Positions 20,641 to 29,481 of a stretch of DNA of 64,000 nucleotides are shown here, piece by piece. The DNA is from Halobacteriovoraceae bacterium (GTDB taxonomy: Bacteria > Bdellovibrionota > Bacteriovoracia > Bacteriovoracales > Bacteriovoracaceae): positions 256,001 through 320,000 of the forward strand of contig CAVRCF010000003.1 of assembly GCA_963719505.1 (NCBI GenBank). The letters run 5' to 3'. Under the pieces are notes generated by a model. The model worked only from the letters and a program-made list of their open reading frames with translations, was not told the DNA's origin and did not search any database. The stretch's first letter is position 1. The number at the start of each line of letters is the position of its first letter. A program made the translations under genes and the position numbers.

Positions 20641-20985
20641 CTATGCGATTGATCTGAGTTCTAAATTTGTTTGTAACGAATCCAATGTTAACTGAAAGTC
20701 AGCTAAGGTTGGCAGATCCCCAAAGTGGGTGTTCTGCGTTGTGTTCATCGCAATGAAATCGTAAATTTCAATTGGAGTTGAACATTCCTTTTCCTTTTGG
20801 AAGCATCTCCAATTTGTTTCTCCTGTGAGGCGATAATTGGTAAATATACTCTCAATTAATTCCTCTTTGGATTTTACTCCCACGCCTTGGACTTTTCCAT
20901 CTTTCCCTACTTCTAGGTACCAGACTTTGTAGTCTTGTTTTTGACTTGGGTGTTTACTTGTTTCGACGGCAACAGCAAGATACAT
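20641..20985 (-). CDS. Hypothetical 114-aa cytoplasmic protein
   Basis: Strong AAGGAGGT Shine-Dalgarno; own terminator. Confidence 0.75.
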   Translation of the reverse strand: MYLAVAVETSKHPSQKQDYKVWYLEVGKDGKVQGVGVKSKEELIESIFTNYRLTGETNWRCFQKEKECSTPIEIYDFIAMNTTQNTHFGDLPTLADFQLTLDSLQTNLELRSIA

Positions 20986-20988
20986 GCG

Positions 20989-21127
20989 AACCTCCTTGTT
21001 GGTCTCTCTAAGACCGGCTTTTCATAAGCCATTGTGTGTGTTAGTGTGTAGCGTCCTGCATAACTAATTTATTTGGGCCCTAATTCCATCCTAGAAGTTG
21101 TTTGACCCAAACTTCAAGCTTCCTGCT
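20989..21127 (-). promoter_or_regulatory. Leader with four GGA-loop hairpins (CsrA/RsmA-type sites)
   Basis: AGC-AGGAA-GCT, TTCT-AGGAT-GGAA, GC-AGGAC-GC and AAC-AAGGAG-GTT (the last is the SD). Confidence 0.6.
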
Positions 21128-21316
21128 AAATTAACTATATCTTGTCTAAACCCTTTACTGCACGTACTTTCGAGTAACAAAAAATTACAGCTTGATCAGT
21201 ATTTGTAAGATTGCCCCCACCATCGGGGCTAAAATGCCCCTACGGCTGCGTTAAGAGATTGATATTGTTCATGTATTCTGGCACTCTAAATTATTGGATT
21301 ATTAAAGGAATAAGGT

Positions 21317-21811
21317 ATGAAATTAAGTCAAGACGTCGAAAAGACGATCTTTCCTCTCAAGATAGTGTGGCTCGCTTTAATCGCTTCCATGTTTGTTTAT
21401 TCGCTCTTTTTTATCTCTGTTAGGGGAGTGAGTTTTGTGGATGAAAAAGATATCGGCAACCTAAAAAATATACTTCTTTTTATAGCGAGTACTCCTTTTG
21501 TTTTTACGTTAATCTCTTCTCAAAAAAAGGATTGGCTTGTTTCTAAACTTGGAAGTAATGCCAAGGCTCCCTATTTAAAAACGATGAGTGAAGAAGAACA
21601 AAATTACCTGTCACGTTTTGGTGCTTATTTTATTTCTCACGTCATTGTATGGGCACTTAATGAAGGTGGTGCTATCATTGGTTTTATCTTGAGCTTTATC
21701 ACGGGAAACTTTACCTACTATATAGCGTTTGCATCGGTGGCAATTTTTATGAATCTTTTTCTTTTTAAACCCGATTATAAAAACTTTATGAGAAGAAATA
21801 AATTTGTCTAA
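21317..21811 (+). CDS. Hypothetical membrane protein (about 4 TM)
   Basis: Hydrophobic segments, WALNE motif; overlaps the murJ start. Confidence 0.7.
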   Translation: MKLSQDVEKTIFPLKIVWLALIASMFVYSLFFISVRGVSFVDEKDIGNLKNILLFIASTPFVFTLISSQKKDWLVSKLGSNAKAPYLKTMSEEEQNYLSRFGAYFISHVIVWALNEGGAIIGFILSFITGNFTYYIAFASVAIFMNLFLFKPDYKNFMRRNKFV

Positions 21812-23366
21812 GTCAAAAGTTTTTCTCTCCTCACTAAAGATGGCCTTGGCGACTTTTTGTAGTCGTATCTTGGGACTTGTGCGTGAGCAAGTGATGGCCG
21901 CGTACTTTGGAGCCTCGGGCTTAACGGATGCATTCTTAGTTGCCTATAGAATACCAAACCTTTTGAGAGATCTTTTTGCTGAAGGTGCTTTTTCATCTGC
22001 TTTTGTTCCGACATTTGTAGAGGTTAATCAGGAAGATCCAGAAAAAGCCAAGAAACTTTTCTGGGCCCTTTTTATTTTACTAGGACTCTTAACTTTATCT
22101 TTATCAGCCCTTATTATTATTTTTGCTCCAGAGATTATTTCACTCTTTGCACCTACCTTTACACAGGATCCTGAGAAGTTTCTTTTAACGGTTAATTTAA
22201 CAAAGATAATGGCGCCATTTTTATGCTTTGTCTCTTTGGCCGCTCTTTTTATGGGCGCTCTCAATGCCTTAAAAGTTTTTTTTATTCCCTCTATTGCACC
22301 AGCATTTTTTAATGTTGCCATGATTGGATCCATGTTGCTCTTTCCAAGTCTTTTTCTATCAATGGGAATTCCAGCGATTTATTCACTTGGGGCAGGAGTT
22401 TTCATCGGGGGACTTGTTCAGGGTTTTGTTCAAATACCTATGCTTGTTAAAAAGGGCTATGGTTGGAGCAAACCGGATAAACTCTTGACCAAAAACTCTA
22501 AAAAAGTTTTCAAACTTCTGGGCCCCGGACTCATTGGTTTTGCGGCCACTCAGGTAAATCTTATCGTTAATACTGTTCTTGCATCGGGAACAATTGTTGG
22601 AGCTGTAAGTTGGCTTAGTTACTCCTTTAGAATGTTTCAACTTCCCGTCGGTATTCTTTCTGTGAGTATTGGAAATTCAAATCTTGTGCATTTTTCTGAT
22701 GCTTGGAAAAACGGTGACAAAGATGAAGCGACCAAACTTTTAGGTGGAAGCTTTTTTCTTTCACTCTTCTTGGTTCTTCCTCCAATGATTGCTCTTATAG
22801 CCTTTAATGAGGATCTCATTAGGCTTGTTTTTGAAAGAGGTCGATTTGATGCTTATGCTACTTCTCAGACAGCCTTGGCCTTGAAATGGTATGCTTTAGG
22901 ACTTCCCTTTTACGGAATGTATAAAATTTTTGTTCCTACTTTTTATGCAATCGACAGACAAAAGGTACCTGTTTATAGTTCCATTTTTTCGGTGGGAGTT
23001 AATATTGTTTTTTGTATCGTTCTGACACCTATTTATGGGTTTGAGATTTTGGCATTAGGGACAACTCTTTCCATGCTCCTAAACTCCTTTATCCAACTCA
23101 TTTTCTTGCATAGGGATCTAGCACTTCCTTGGAATCACTTTTTCAATTTGAGAGTCTTGAAGATCTTGTTTGCTTCTTTGGTGACATTTACTTTTTGCTT
23201 TGAGTTAAATAAGTCTATGCCTATTGGTAGCAGCTTTCTAGAAGATGCAGTTTATACATTTTTAAAGCTTTCGTTTACTGTTGTGTGTTATGGATTGCTT
23301 GTCTTTCTTCTAGGGGAGCGAAGCGTCGTGCTAAGTATTTTGCGCAAAATTAAAAATAGATTGTAG
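21804..23366 (+). CDS. murJ: Lipid II flippase
   Basis: SRILGLVRE, RIPNLLRDLFAEGA, RMFQLP, FERGRF. Confidence 0.95.
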   Translation: MSKSKVFLSSLKMALATFCSRILGLVREQVMAAYFGASGLTDAFLVAYRIPNLLRDLFAEGAFSSAFVPTFVEVNQEDPEKAKKLFWALFILLGLLTLSLSALIIIFAPEIISLFAPTFTQDPEKFLLTVNLTKIMAPFLCFVSLAALFMGALNALKVFFIPSIAPAFFNVAMIGSMLLFPSLFLSMGIPAIYSLGAGVFIGGLVQGFVQIPMLVKKGYGWSKPDKLLTKNSKKVFKLLGPGLIGFAATQVNLIVNTVLASGTIVGAVSWLSYSFRMFQLPVGILSVSIGNSNLVHFSDAWKNGDKDEATKLLGGSFFLSLFLVLPPMIALIAFNEDLIRLVFERGRFDAYATSQTALALKWYALGLPFYGMYKIFVPTFYAIDRQKVPVYSSIFSVGVNIVFCIVLTPIYGFEILALGTTLSMLLNSFIQLIFLHRDLALPWNHFFNLRVLKILFASLVTFTFCFELNKSMPIGSSFLEDAVYTFLKLSFTVVCYGLLVFLLGERSVVLSILRKIKNRL

Positions 23367-23425
23367 AAACCATTGTTAATGTTGTAGACTTATGCTGTTT
23401 TATATCTATTAAAAGGAATTACCGT

Positions 23426-23896
23426 ATGAGAACTGATTTCAATACTCTTATCGCTCTATCTACCCATACAATCAACCATCTTAAGCAAGATTCATTGATT
23501 GAGTACAACGTGGATAAGAGAGCTGAGCTTATTGATGCACTTGCTACTGAGCTTGGTGTTTCTTTCGCAACAGATGAAGATATTAGAGATCAAGCTGTTG
23601 AAGAAGTTGAAGAGAAGTTTGGGATCGATGAGGTTACAGACGATATTACTGAAACTGAGATGTTTAACCATGCTAGAAAAGAAATTATAAAGTCTTTCCA
23701 GGGTGAAAACCTCGGTGGACTGTATATGGTGGAGTCGCTTCATAAAGTTTCTAATAGAGTAAAAGAATTTCTTTTACACTCAGATCTTATTGAAGATGTG
23801 TTTTCTACAGATGAAGACCTTATAGAGTTTCTGGTAGAAAATATGAGAAAATTCAGTCCAAAAACTGGCGGTTACGAGCACCACTCACACAACTAA
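23426..23896 (+). CDS. DUF507-like protein
   Basis: Acidic helical protein with duplicated motif (HLKQDSLIE / FLLHSDLIE). Confidence 0.45.
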   Translation: MRTDFNTLIALSTHTINHLKQDSLIEYNVDKRAELIDALATELGVSFATDEDIRDQAVEEVEEKFGIDEVTDDITETEMFNHARKEIIKSFQGENLGGLYMVESLHKVSNRVKEFLLHSDLIEDVFSTDEDLIEFLVENMRKFSPKTGGYEHHSHN

Positions 23897-23926
23897 AAAC
23901 TAAACAAAAATTTAAATACTTGATTG

Positions 23927-23958
23927 AAAAACCAGCACTTATTTGCTGGTTTTTTTTT
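23927..23958 (+). terminator. Intrinsic terminator
   Basis: ACCAGCA/TGCTGGT stem followed by a T tract. Confidence 0.8.
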
Positions 23959-23979
23959 GATTTCAAACACTTAAACCCC

Positions 23980-24007
23980 TAAAGATTATCTTCGATTAAA
24001 CCGATAA
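23980..24007 (+). promoter_or_regulatory. Sigma-28-like promoter
   Basis: TAAAG-N15-ACCGATAA upstream of the Gly-rich protein gene. Confidence 0.6.
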
Positions 24008-24060
24008 AGAGCAAAAGAGTAGGTCTAATGGCCTATAATTAACTACTAAGAGAGATAATT

Positions 24061-26010
24061 ATGATCAAGGGAATTCATTTATTACTACTACTGGTTGGTT
24101 CAATTGTTTTTGAAGCCCATGCTATGAGTCCACAAGAGCTGATGCAAGTTTGTAGACAGAAAAATGGTAAGGTTCAGAAAAAGGGTGAATCATTCGTTGA
24201 GGACGGAAAACTCTGTCAGCAAATGCGATGTAGTGGAGCCACTGACTCAAACGCAGCTGGACTTAGCCCAGATATTGTCGAGGGAGATCATCCCCACGGT
24301 ATTGGTGATGGTGGAGGTATCTTTGCCTATCAAAAGCTTTGTGCTGCTAAAGTTGACTGGGATGCTCTCTTTGATGCTCAGGTAACGGTCAATACGACAG
24401 GTAATAATGGAAACAACGGAAACAATGGTAGTACCGGAAGCACTGGCTCTAGTGGCGAGGGTAGTTTTTATATTGATGGAGTCCTAGTTTCTGAAGCTGA
24501 GTGGCTACAAAGATGTGTTAAGAAAAATGGAAAGATAAGAAATAAGTGTCGTCGTGGAAGCGCAAGTTACAACGTAAATATTAGAGGCGGCGGCGGCGGT
24601 GGCCCTCGTGGCGGTGGATACGTTGTCCTTAGACGTGATGATGGTACAACTTTTAATTGTTCATATACAAGTTCTTGGCAAGAGTGTCAGGGAAGAGACG
24701 GCGGAGTGGTTGTCTCGGTTAACTCATATGAAGACTGTGTAAACTGTGGCGGAAGCTCACGCAGAAGCGGAAGTGGTGTTGCAGATATTCTTGGTGCGGT
24801 TCTACCTCCATTAGCTCAGTTTGGATCGGCATGGCTTTGGTCAGATGCTTATAGAGATTCAAATGTAGCTTGGGCAGGAGCAGCTGAGACAGGCTTTGAG
24901 CAATGTCAATTAATGCAAACAAATCATATGCACACACTTTATGGAAACCCAAATAGAATTTCGAGCCTTCAAGGTTCTGGTGGGTTTTACGCAGATAATG
25001 AATTACCACATGATTACATTGCTCCTCCGGGATGTAATGGATATCAATTAGGTGGATTTGCTGGTGGCGCTGGCTTTCAAGGAAACGGATTCGGTGGATT
25101 CGGAAGTACTTGGGGTGGTGCAGGTTATAGTCCTGGATTCCAAGCTGGTATGTATGGACCTTATGGACAATATAATCCTTACGGACAAGTTAACGGAATG
25201 GGAGGCTTTGGTGGATTCGGTGGACCTGGTGGGTTCGGTGGACCTGGCGGAGGCCTTGGTATTAATATCGGCGGTGGATTCGGTGGACCTGGATTTGGCG
25301 GCGGCGGCTTCGGTACACCTGGATTTGGTGGACCTGGATTCGGCGGCGGTGGATTTGGCGGACCTGGCTTTGGCGGCGGTATCGGAATGGGTGGCTTTCC
25401 TGGAGGCGGCATGGGTGGATTCCCAGGCGGCGGAATGGGCGGGTTTCCTGGCGGCGGTATGGGAGGATTCCCTGGCGGCGGAATGGGCGGCTTTCCTGGC
25501 GGCGGAATGGGTGGATTCCCAGGCGGCGGTGGAGGCTTAGGTCTTGGAATAGGAATTGGTTTAGGTGGCGGATTAGGTTCTGGCTACCCTGGATATAATG
25601 GTGGAATGTACGGCGGCGGACCTGGATTTGGTGGCGGCGGAATGTACGGTAACCCTTGGGGCGGCGGCGGAGCTATGGGACAGGGAACTGTTCCATGGGG
25701 TCAAGGCACTGGTGGATACTGGAACGGTTCTGGTGGATGGAACGGTGGAGCCGGAGGTTATGGTAACTACGGAAATATCCAACAAAGTTACGCTCTTAAT
25801 CAACAAGCTCTTGGACAAGATAGTTTCTTCCAACAAGCAGCTCTTCAGAATTCATATGGTCAAGCGGCACAAAACCTTTATGGTGCTGGCGGCGGTGGAG
25901 CATATGGACAATACGGTGGCTATGGTGCGAGTGGTGGATACGGATACGGTCCTTACTCACCTTCAAATATGGGTTACGGTATGAGTCTAGGATTTGGTTT
26001 CGGATTCTAA
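24061..26010 (+). CDS. Secreted Gly-rich low-complexity protein with Cys-rich N-terminal domain
   Basis: 649-aa ORF, signal peptide (AHA), Gly/Phe/Tyr/Met/Pro repeats, own promoter and terminator. Confidence 0.85.
   Translation: MIKGIHLLLLLVGSIVFEAHAMSPQELMQVCRQKNGKVQKKGESFVEDGKLCQQMRCSGATDSNAAGLSPDIVEGDHPHGIGDGGGIFAYQKLCAAKVDWDALFDAQVTVNTTGNNGNNGNNGSTGSTGSSGEGSFYIDGVLVSEAEWLQRCVKKNGKIRNKCRRGSASYNVNIRGGGGGGPRGGGYVVLRRDDGTTFNCSYTSSWQECQGRDGGVVVSVNSYEDCVNCGGSSRRSGSGVADILGAVLPPLAQFGSAWLWSDAYRDSNVAWAGAAETGFEQCQLMQTNHMHTLYGNPNRISSLQGSGGFYADNELPHDYIAPPGCNGYQLGGFAGGAGFQGNGFGGFGSTWGGAGYSPGFQAGMYGPYGQYNPYGQVNGMGGFGGFGGPGGFGGPGGGLGINIGGGFGGPGFGGGGFGTPGFGGPGFGGGGFGGPGFGGGIGMGGFPGGGMGGFPGGGMGGFPGGGMGGFPGGGMGGFPGGGMGGFPGGGGGLGLGIGIGLGGGLGSGYPGYNGGMYGGGPGFGGGGMYGNPWGGGGAMGQGTVPWGQGTGGYWNGSGGWNGGAGGYGNYGNIQQSYALNQQALGQDSFFQQAALQNSYGQAAQNLYGAGGGGAYGQYGGYGASGGYGYGPYSPSNMGYGMSLGFGFGF
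25387..25530 (+). repeat. 6 x 24-bp coding tandem repeat (MGGFPGGG)
   Basis: Perfect peptide repeat with synonymous codon variation between units. Confidence 0.9.
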
Positions 26011-26033
26011 AAAAATAAAAAATAAGATAAATC

Positions 26034-26062
26034 AAGGCTCTCTTTATAGGGAGCCTTTTTTT
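26034..26062 (+). terminator. Intrinsic terminator
   Basis: AAGGCTCTCT/AGGGAGCCTT stem followed by a T tract. Confidence 0.8.
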
Positions 26063-26705
26063 ATTTATTAAAGCTGATTGATTTTATAATTGTTGTGAAG
26101 CTCTCCTTAGAACCGTCACCATCAGCACTTAGCCAAAGGGCCATCGTTTTAACTGGCTTTTCCAATTTGTATTCGAAGGAGCTTGGGCCTTGATCTTTTA
26201 GCTTAAAGACAAAGTTTTCCATGAAGAGATCACTCTTTGGATGCACTTTTCTTTTTGCGTGGAGATCCTTATTAAAAGTGGCGATAAACATCTCGATATG
26301 ACTAATCCCTTTGTTCTTTCCTGAAAATTCATAAACCTCGGTCACCCATTGAGGAGCAAAGAATTTTTTCATACCAGAGAGTTTTTTATCACCCTCTATA
26401 ACCAGGCCTAACTTAAAAGGGTAGTCATCTGAGGCAGAAGGAAGATTAAGTTTATTAGAAATATCTAAGTCTACTTTTATTGATTGTACTGTGACGGGAG
26501 AGCTAAACTTGTGAATGAGAAAGGAAGAAGATTTATCGACATTTATGACAATGTTTTCTTTAAAGCTTATATTGTTTTTTTTGATTTTTCCAAAGTCGAT
26601 ATGCTTCCATGAGGGGCTATCTAGGGGAATGATAATAGCTGCGCAGACAAAAGAGGAGGTGATAGACTTTGAAAAATAATTCAAAAATTTTTGAATAATT
26701 CTCAA
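26061..26705 (-). CDS. DUF3047-like exported protein
   Basis: DDYP and LWLSADGD segments resemble DUF3047 motifs; start uncertain. Confidence 0.45.
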   Translation of the reverse strand: MRIIQKFLNYFSKSITSSFVCAAIIIPLDSPSWKHIDFGKIKKNNISFKENIVINVDKSSSFLIHKFSSPVTVQSIKVDLDISNKLNLPSASDDYPFKLGLVIEGDKKLSGMKKFFAPQWVTEVYEFSGKNKGISHIEMFIATFNKDLHAKRKVHPKSDLFMENFVFKLKDQGPSSFEYKLEKPVKTMALWLSADGDGSKESFTTIIKSISFNK

Positions 26706-26719
26706 AGCCTGTCCTTAAA

Positions 26720-27139
26720 TTATTTTATTCCGTGAACAAGAGTTTTAATTTCATGCTGAAATAAAACTTCAATTTTTCCATCGATAAGAGCTTGCACGAT
26801 ACCTGGACCAAATTTTTTGTGGTCAATCATATCGTTAACTTCAAAAGATTCTCTTATTGTATAATCTTTTGCTTTTCCTGAGGCATTACCAATGGCTTCA
26901 GTCCATAGTTCGTTGATAGGAACTGACTTTGCTCTCGTTCTCCCTGGAGCAGCTTTTTTTGCTCTAACTTTTTTCGTTTTAGTAGCAGGATCTTTGTACA
27001 TATGAGTTGCGTTACAAGTTTTGCAAGTAACCTTCCCAAGTGTATTCTCATCTTTCATGGAAACAATAATGTGTGCTAGAGCCAACTTACATTTTCCACA
27101 ATAAGAAATAACCTCTTTTCCAGCAGCGTACTTAGACAT
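26720..27139 (-). CDS. Hypothetical zinc-ribbon protein
   Basis: CGKC...CKTC...H, basic linker, HKKFGPG SH3/Tudor-like C-terminus. Confidence 0.7.
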   Translation of the reverse strand: MSKYAAGKEVISYCGKCKLALAHIIVSMKDENTLGKVTCKTCNATHMYKDPATKTKKVRAKKAAPGRTRAKSVPINELWTEAIGNASGKAKDYTIRESFEVNDMIDHKKFGPGIVQALIDGKIEVLFQHEIKTLVHGIK

Positions 27140-27247
27140 TAATTATCCTTTTTTTACTTTAGAATGACTTCACAAAATAGACATAGAAATATTCTACGTA
27201 TTGAGTTATTGTCTGAATTATAAACAGATCATATTTTATCGAACTTA

Positions 27248-29152
27248 ATGGCTACAGTAAAGAAATCTCTCAGACAAAAGCATATACTTGATCTTTTAGC
27301 TCAAGCGAATTCCCTTCCCAAAAATCCGGGTTGCTACTTTATGCTCAATAAAGATAAAGAAGTGATCTATGTCGGGAAAGCCAAGAATTTGAAGGCCCGC
27401 GTAACAAGCTATTTCAACAACTCTGCTAAAAATGCCAAAACTCAGATTCTGGTAGGCCATATTGAAAGTTTCGACTTTATTATCACCGAATCTGATGCTG
27501 AGTCCTATGTTTTAGAGAACAACCTGATAAAAACTCATAAACCTAAATACAATATTAGGTTAAAAGACGATAAATCCTATCCCTATGTTCAAATCAATAA
27601 AAATGAAGGCTACCCAAAGATTGAATACGTTAGGCGCCCAAAGAAGAAAAAGGGCGTAGAACTCTATGGCCCGTATCCTACCGGATCAAATATTGGTGCA
27701 ACGATAAAAGTTCTCACGAAAGCTTTTGAGCTTAGGGATTGCTCTATTCATGAATTTAATTCTAGAACGACCCCTTGTATTTTGTTTCAAATGAAGCAGT
27801 GTCAAGGTCCCTGTGTACCTGAACACAGAAGTAGGCAATACTTTGATGACTTAGAACTTGCAGTGGACTTCTTGAGAGGAAAAAGAAAAGCGAAAAAGTC
27901 TCTAGAGTTTTTAGAGAACAAAATGATGGACTTGGCCGAGATGGAAAAGTTTGAACACGCCGCTATGATGAGAGACTATATTGCTCAACTCGAGTCCTTT
28001 ACGATGAGCTCCTATGATCAAAGCGTGGAATTCATGGATGAGAAAAATGTCGACGTCATCTCTTATTATGAAGGAGAGAAAGAAGTCGATATAAGTCTTT
28101 ATATGATCAGGCGAGGTGCCCTTCTTGGTCATAGGAATTTTCATTTTCCTCTATCAGACTTTATGGAGAGTACGGAAGAAGAAGTTCTGCAAATTCTTAT
28201 TCAGCACTATGCAAATAATGATGAAGTTTTTCCTGAACGGATTATTTCCTCCTTTGATCAAGATAGTGCAAAAGTCTTTGAACAAGCTCTCATAAAAATG
28301 AATGAAGGGGAGATTAAATTAAAAGTTGAAACAGGCTCAAACAAATACTCAAGTCTGATTGAGACGACTAAGAATAACGCTATTGAAACTCAAAAAATGC
28401 GTATCAAAAATCAAGACAGTGTCTACGTGGGACTCAATAGATTGAAAGAGCTTCTGAGCCTTAAGGCACGACCTATTACCTTAGAGTGTTATGATATCGC
28501 AATTTGGCAGGGCAAGTCTCCCACAGCTGCTCAGATCGTTTATCACGATGGTGTCCCCGATAAAAAAGCTTACAGACATTATCATATGCAGGAAAGACCT
28601 GAAGGAAATAATGACTTTGCAATGATGCAAGAGGTTTTTGGAAGAAGAATAAAACATAAAAATCTTCCTGATGTTTTTATTGTTGACGGTGGAATTGCTC
28701 AAGTGAACTGCGTCCAAAAAGTTCTTGATGAATTTGAAATTACTATTCCTGTTGTCGGAATTGCTAAAGCGAGAGATCTGACCAGAGGAAATATAAGAGC
28801 GCGAGAAATTTCAAACTCAGAAGAGCGCCTCATCATTCCAGGAAGAAGTAATCCCTATATTTTAAATAAGTGTCCCTCTCTTTTCAAAATTATTGTAAGC
28901 ATGAGAGATGAAGCCCATCGCTTTAGTAGGCGCCTTCATCACAAAACTGAAAAGAAAAGAATTATTAAAACATGGGTTGATGATATCAAAGGCATCAATG
29001 ATAAAATTAAAAAGAAAATTCTCTCTCAGCTTACGATGAGTCAAGAAGAGCTTTCTCAAAAAAATGTTAAGGAAATTAGTGATTTTTTAGGTTTAGAGCT
29101 TAGGCATGCACTAAAAGTTTATGATTACTTACATGCCAAAGATCAAAACTAA
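27248..29152 (+). CDS. uvrC: Excinuclease ABC subunit C
   Basis: GIY-YIG (PGCY, IYVGKAKNL), ECYDI, VDGG, RDEAHRF. Confidence 0.96.
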   Translation: MATVKKSLRQKHILDLLAQANSLPKNPGCYFMLNKDKEVIYVGKAKNLKARVTSYFNNSAKNAKTQILVGHIESFDFIITESDAESYVLENNLIKTHKPKYNIRLKDDKSYPYVQINKNEGYPKIEYVRRPKKKKGVELYGPYPTGSNIGATIKVLTKAFELRDCSIHEFNSRTTPCILFQMKQCQGPCVPEHRSRQYFDDLELAVDFLRGKRKAKKSLEFLENKMMDLAEMEKFEHAAMMRDYIAQLESFTMSSYDQSVEFMDEKNVDVISYYEGEKEVDISLYMIRRGALLGHRNFHFPLSDFMESTEEEVLQILIQHYANNDEVFPERIISSFDQDSAKVFEQALIKMNEGEIKLKVETGSNKYSSLIETTKNNAIETQKMRIKNQDSVYVGLNRLKELLSLKARPITLECYDIAIWQGKSPTAAQIVYHDGVPDKKAYRHYHMQERPEGNNDFAMMQEVFGRRIKHKNLPDVFIVDGGIAQVNCVQKVLDEFEITIPVVGIAKARDLTRGNIRAREISNSEERLIIPGRSNPYILNKCPSLFKIIVSMRDEAHRFSRRLHHKTEKKRIIKTWVDDIKGINDKIKKKILSQLTMSQEELSQKNVKEISDFLGLELRHALKVYDYLHAKDQN

Positions 29153-29361
29153 TTTAAAACGTGAATAATTTTTCTGTTTCCAGATCCACAATCAATACAT
29201 CGTGCAGTTTCTTGAACAAGAAGGTTTTTGTAGTCGGGCATATGACTTAGTAATAATTTAGAGCCACATACTTTACATTCACTCATTGTCTTTTTTACAT
29301 CTTCAGCTGTACCGTAGTATTCTTCGAAACGTTCAAACTTAAAATTAACTTCTTTAGACAT
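29149..29361 (-). CDS. Small zinc-ribbon protein
   Basis: CKVC...CIDC; GGAG Shine-Dalgarno. Confidence 0.75.
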   Translation of the reverse strand: MSKEVNFKFERFEEYYGTAEDVKKTMSECKVCGSKLLLSHMPDYKNLLVQETARCIDCGSGNRKIIHVLN

Positions 29362-29395
29362 AATTGTTCTCCATAACCAATATCAACTACATATC

Positions 29396-29422
29396 TTTTC
29401 GACTCAGAAGCATTTCTCTTTA
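29396..29422 (-). promoter_or_regulatory. Sigma-28-like promoter
   Basis: TAAA-N15-GTCGAAAA upstream of the 70-aa zinc-ribbon gene. Confidence 0.5.
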
Positions 29423-29481
29423 AAAATTAGTGCGATAAAATAAAGCTAGGAAAATAGTGTCTGATCGTGATAACTAAAGGC

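Noticed and set aside
25052-25984. Alternative-frame and antisense ORFs (Pro-rich, AAEW repeats)
   Set aside because: Shadows of the GC-rich Gly-codon repeat, which lacks stop codons in other frames
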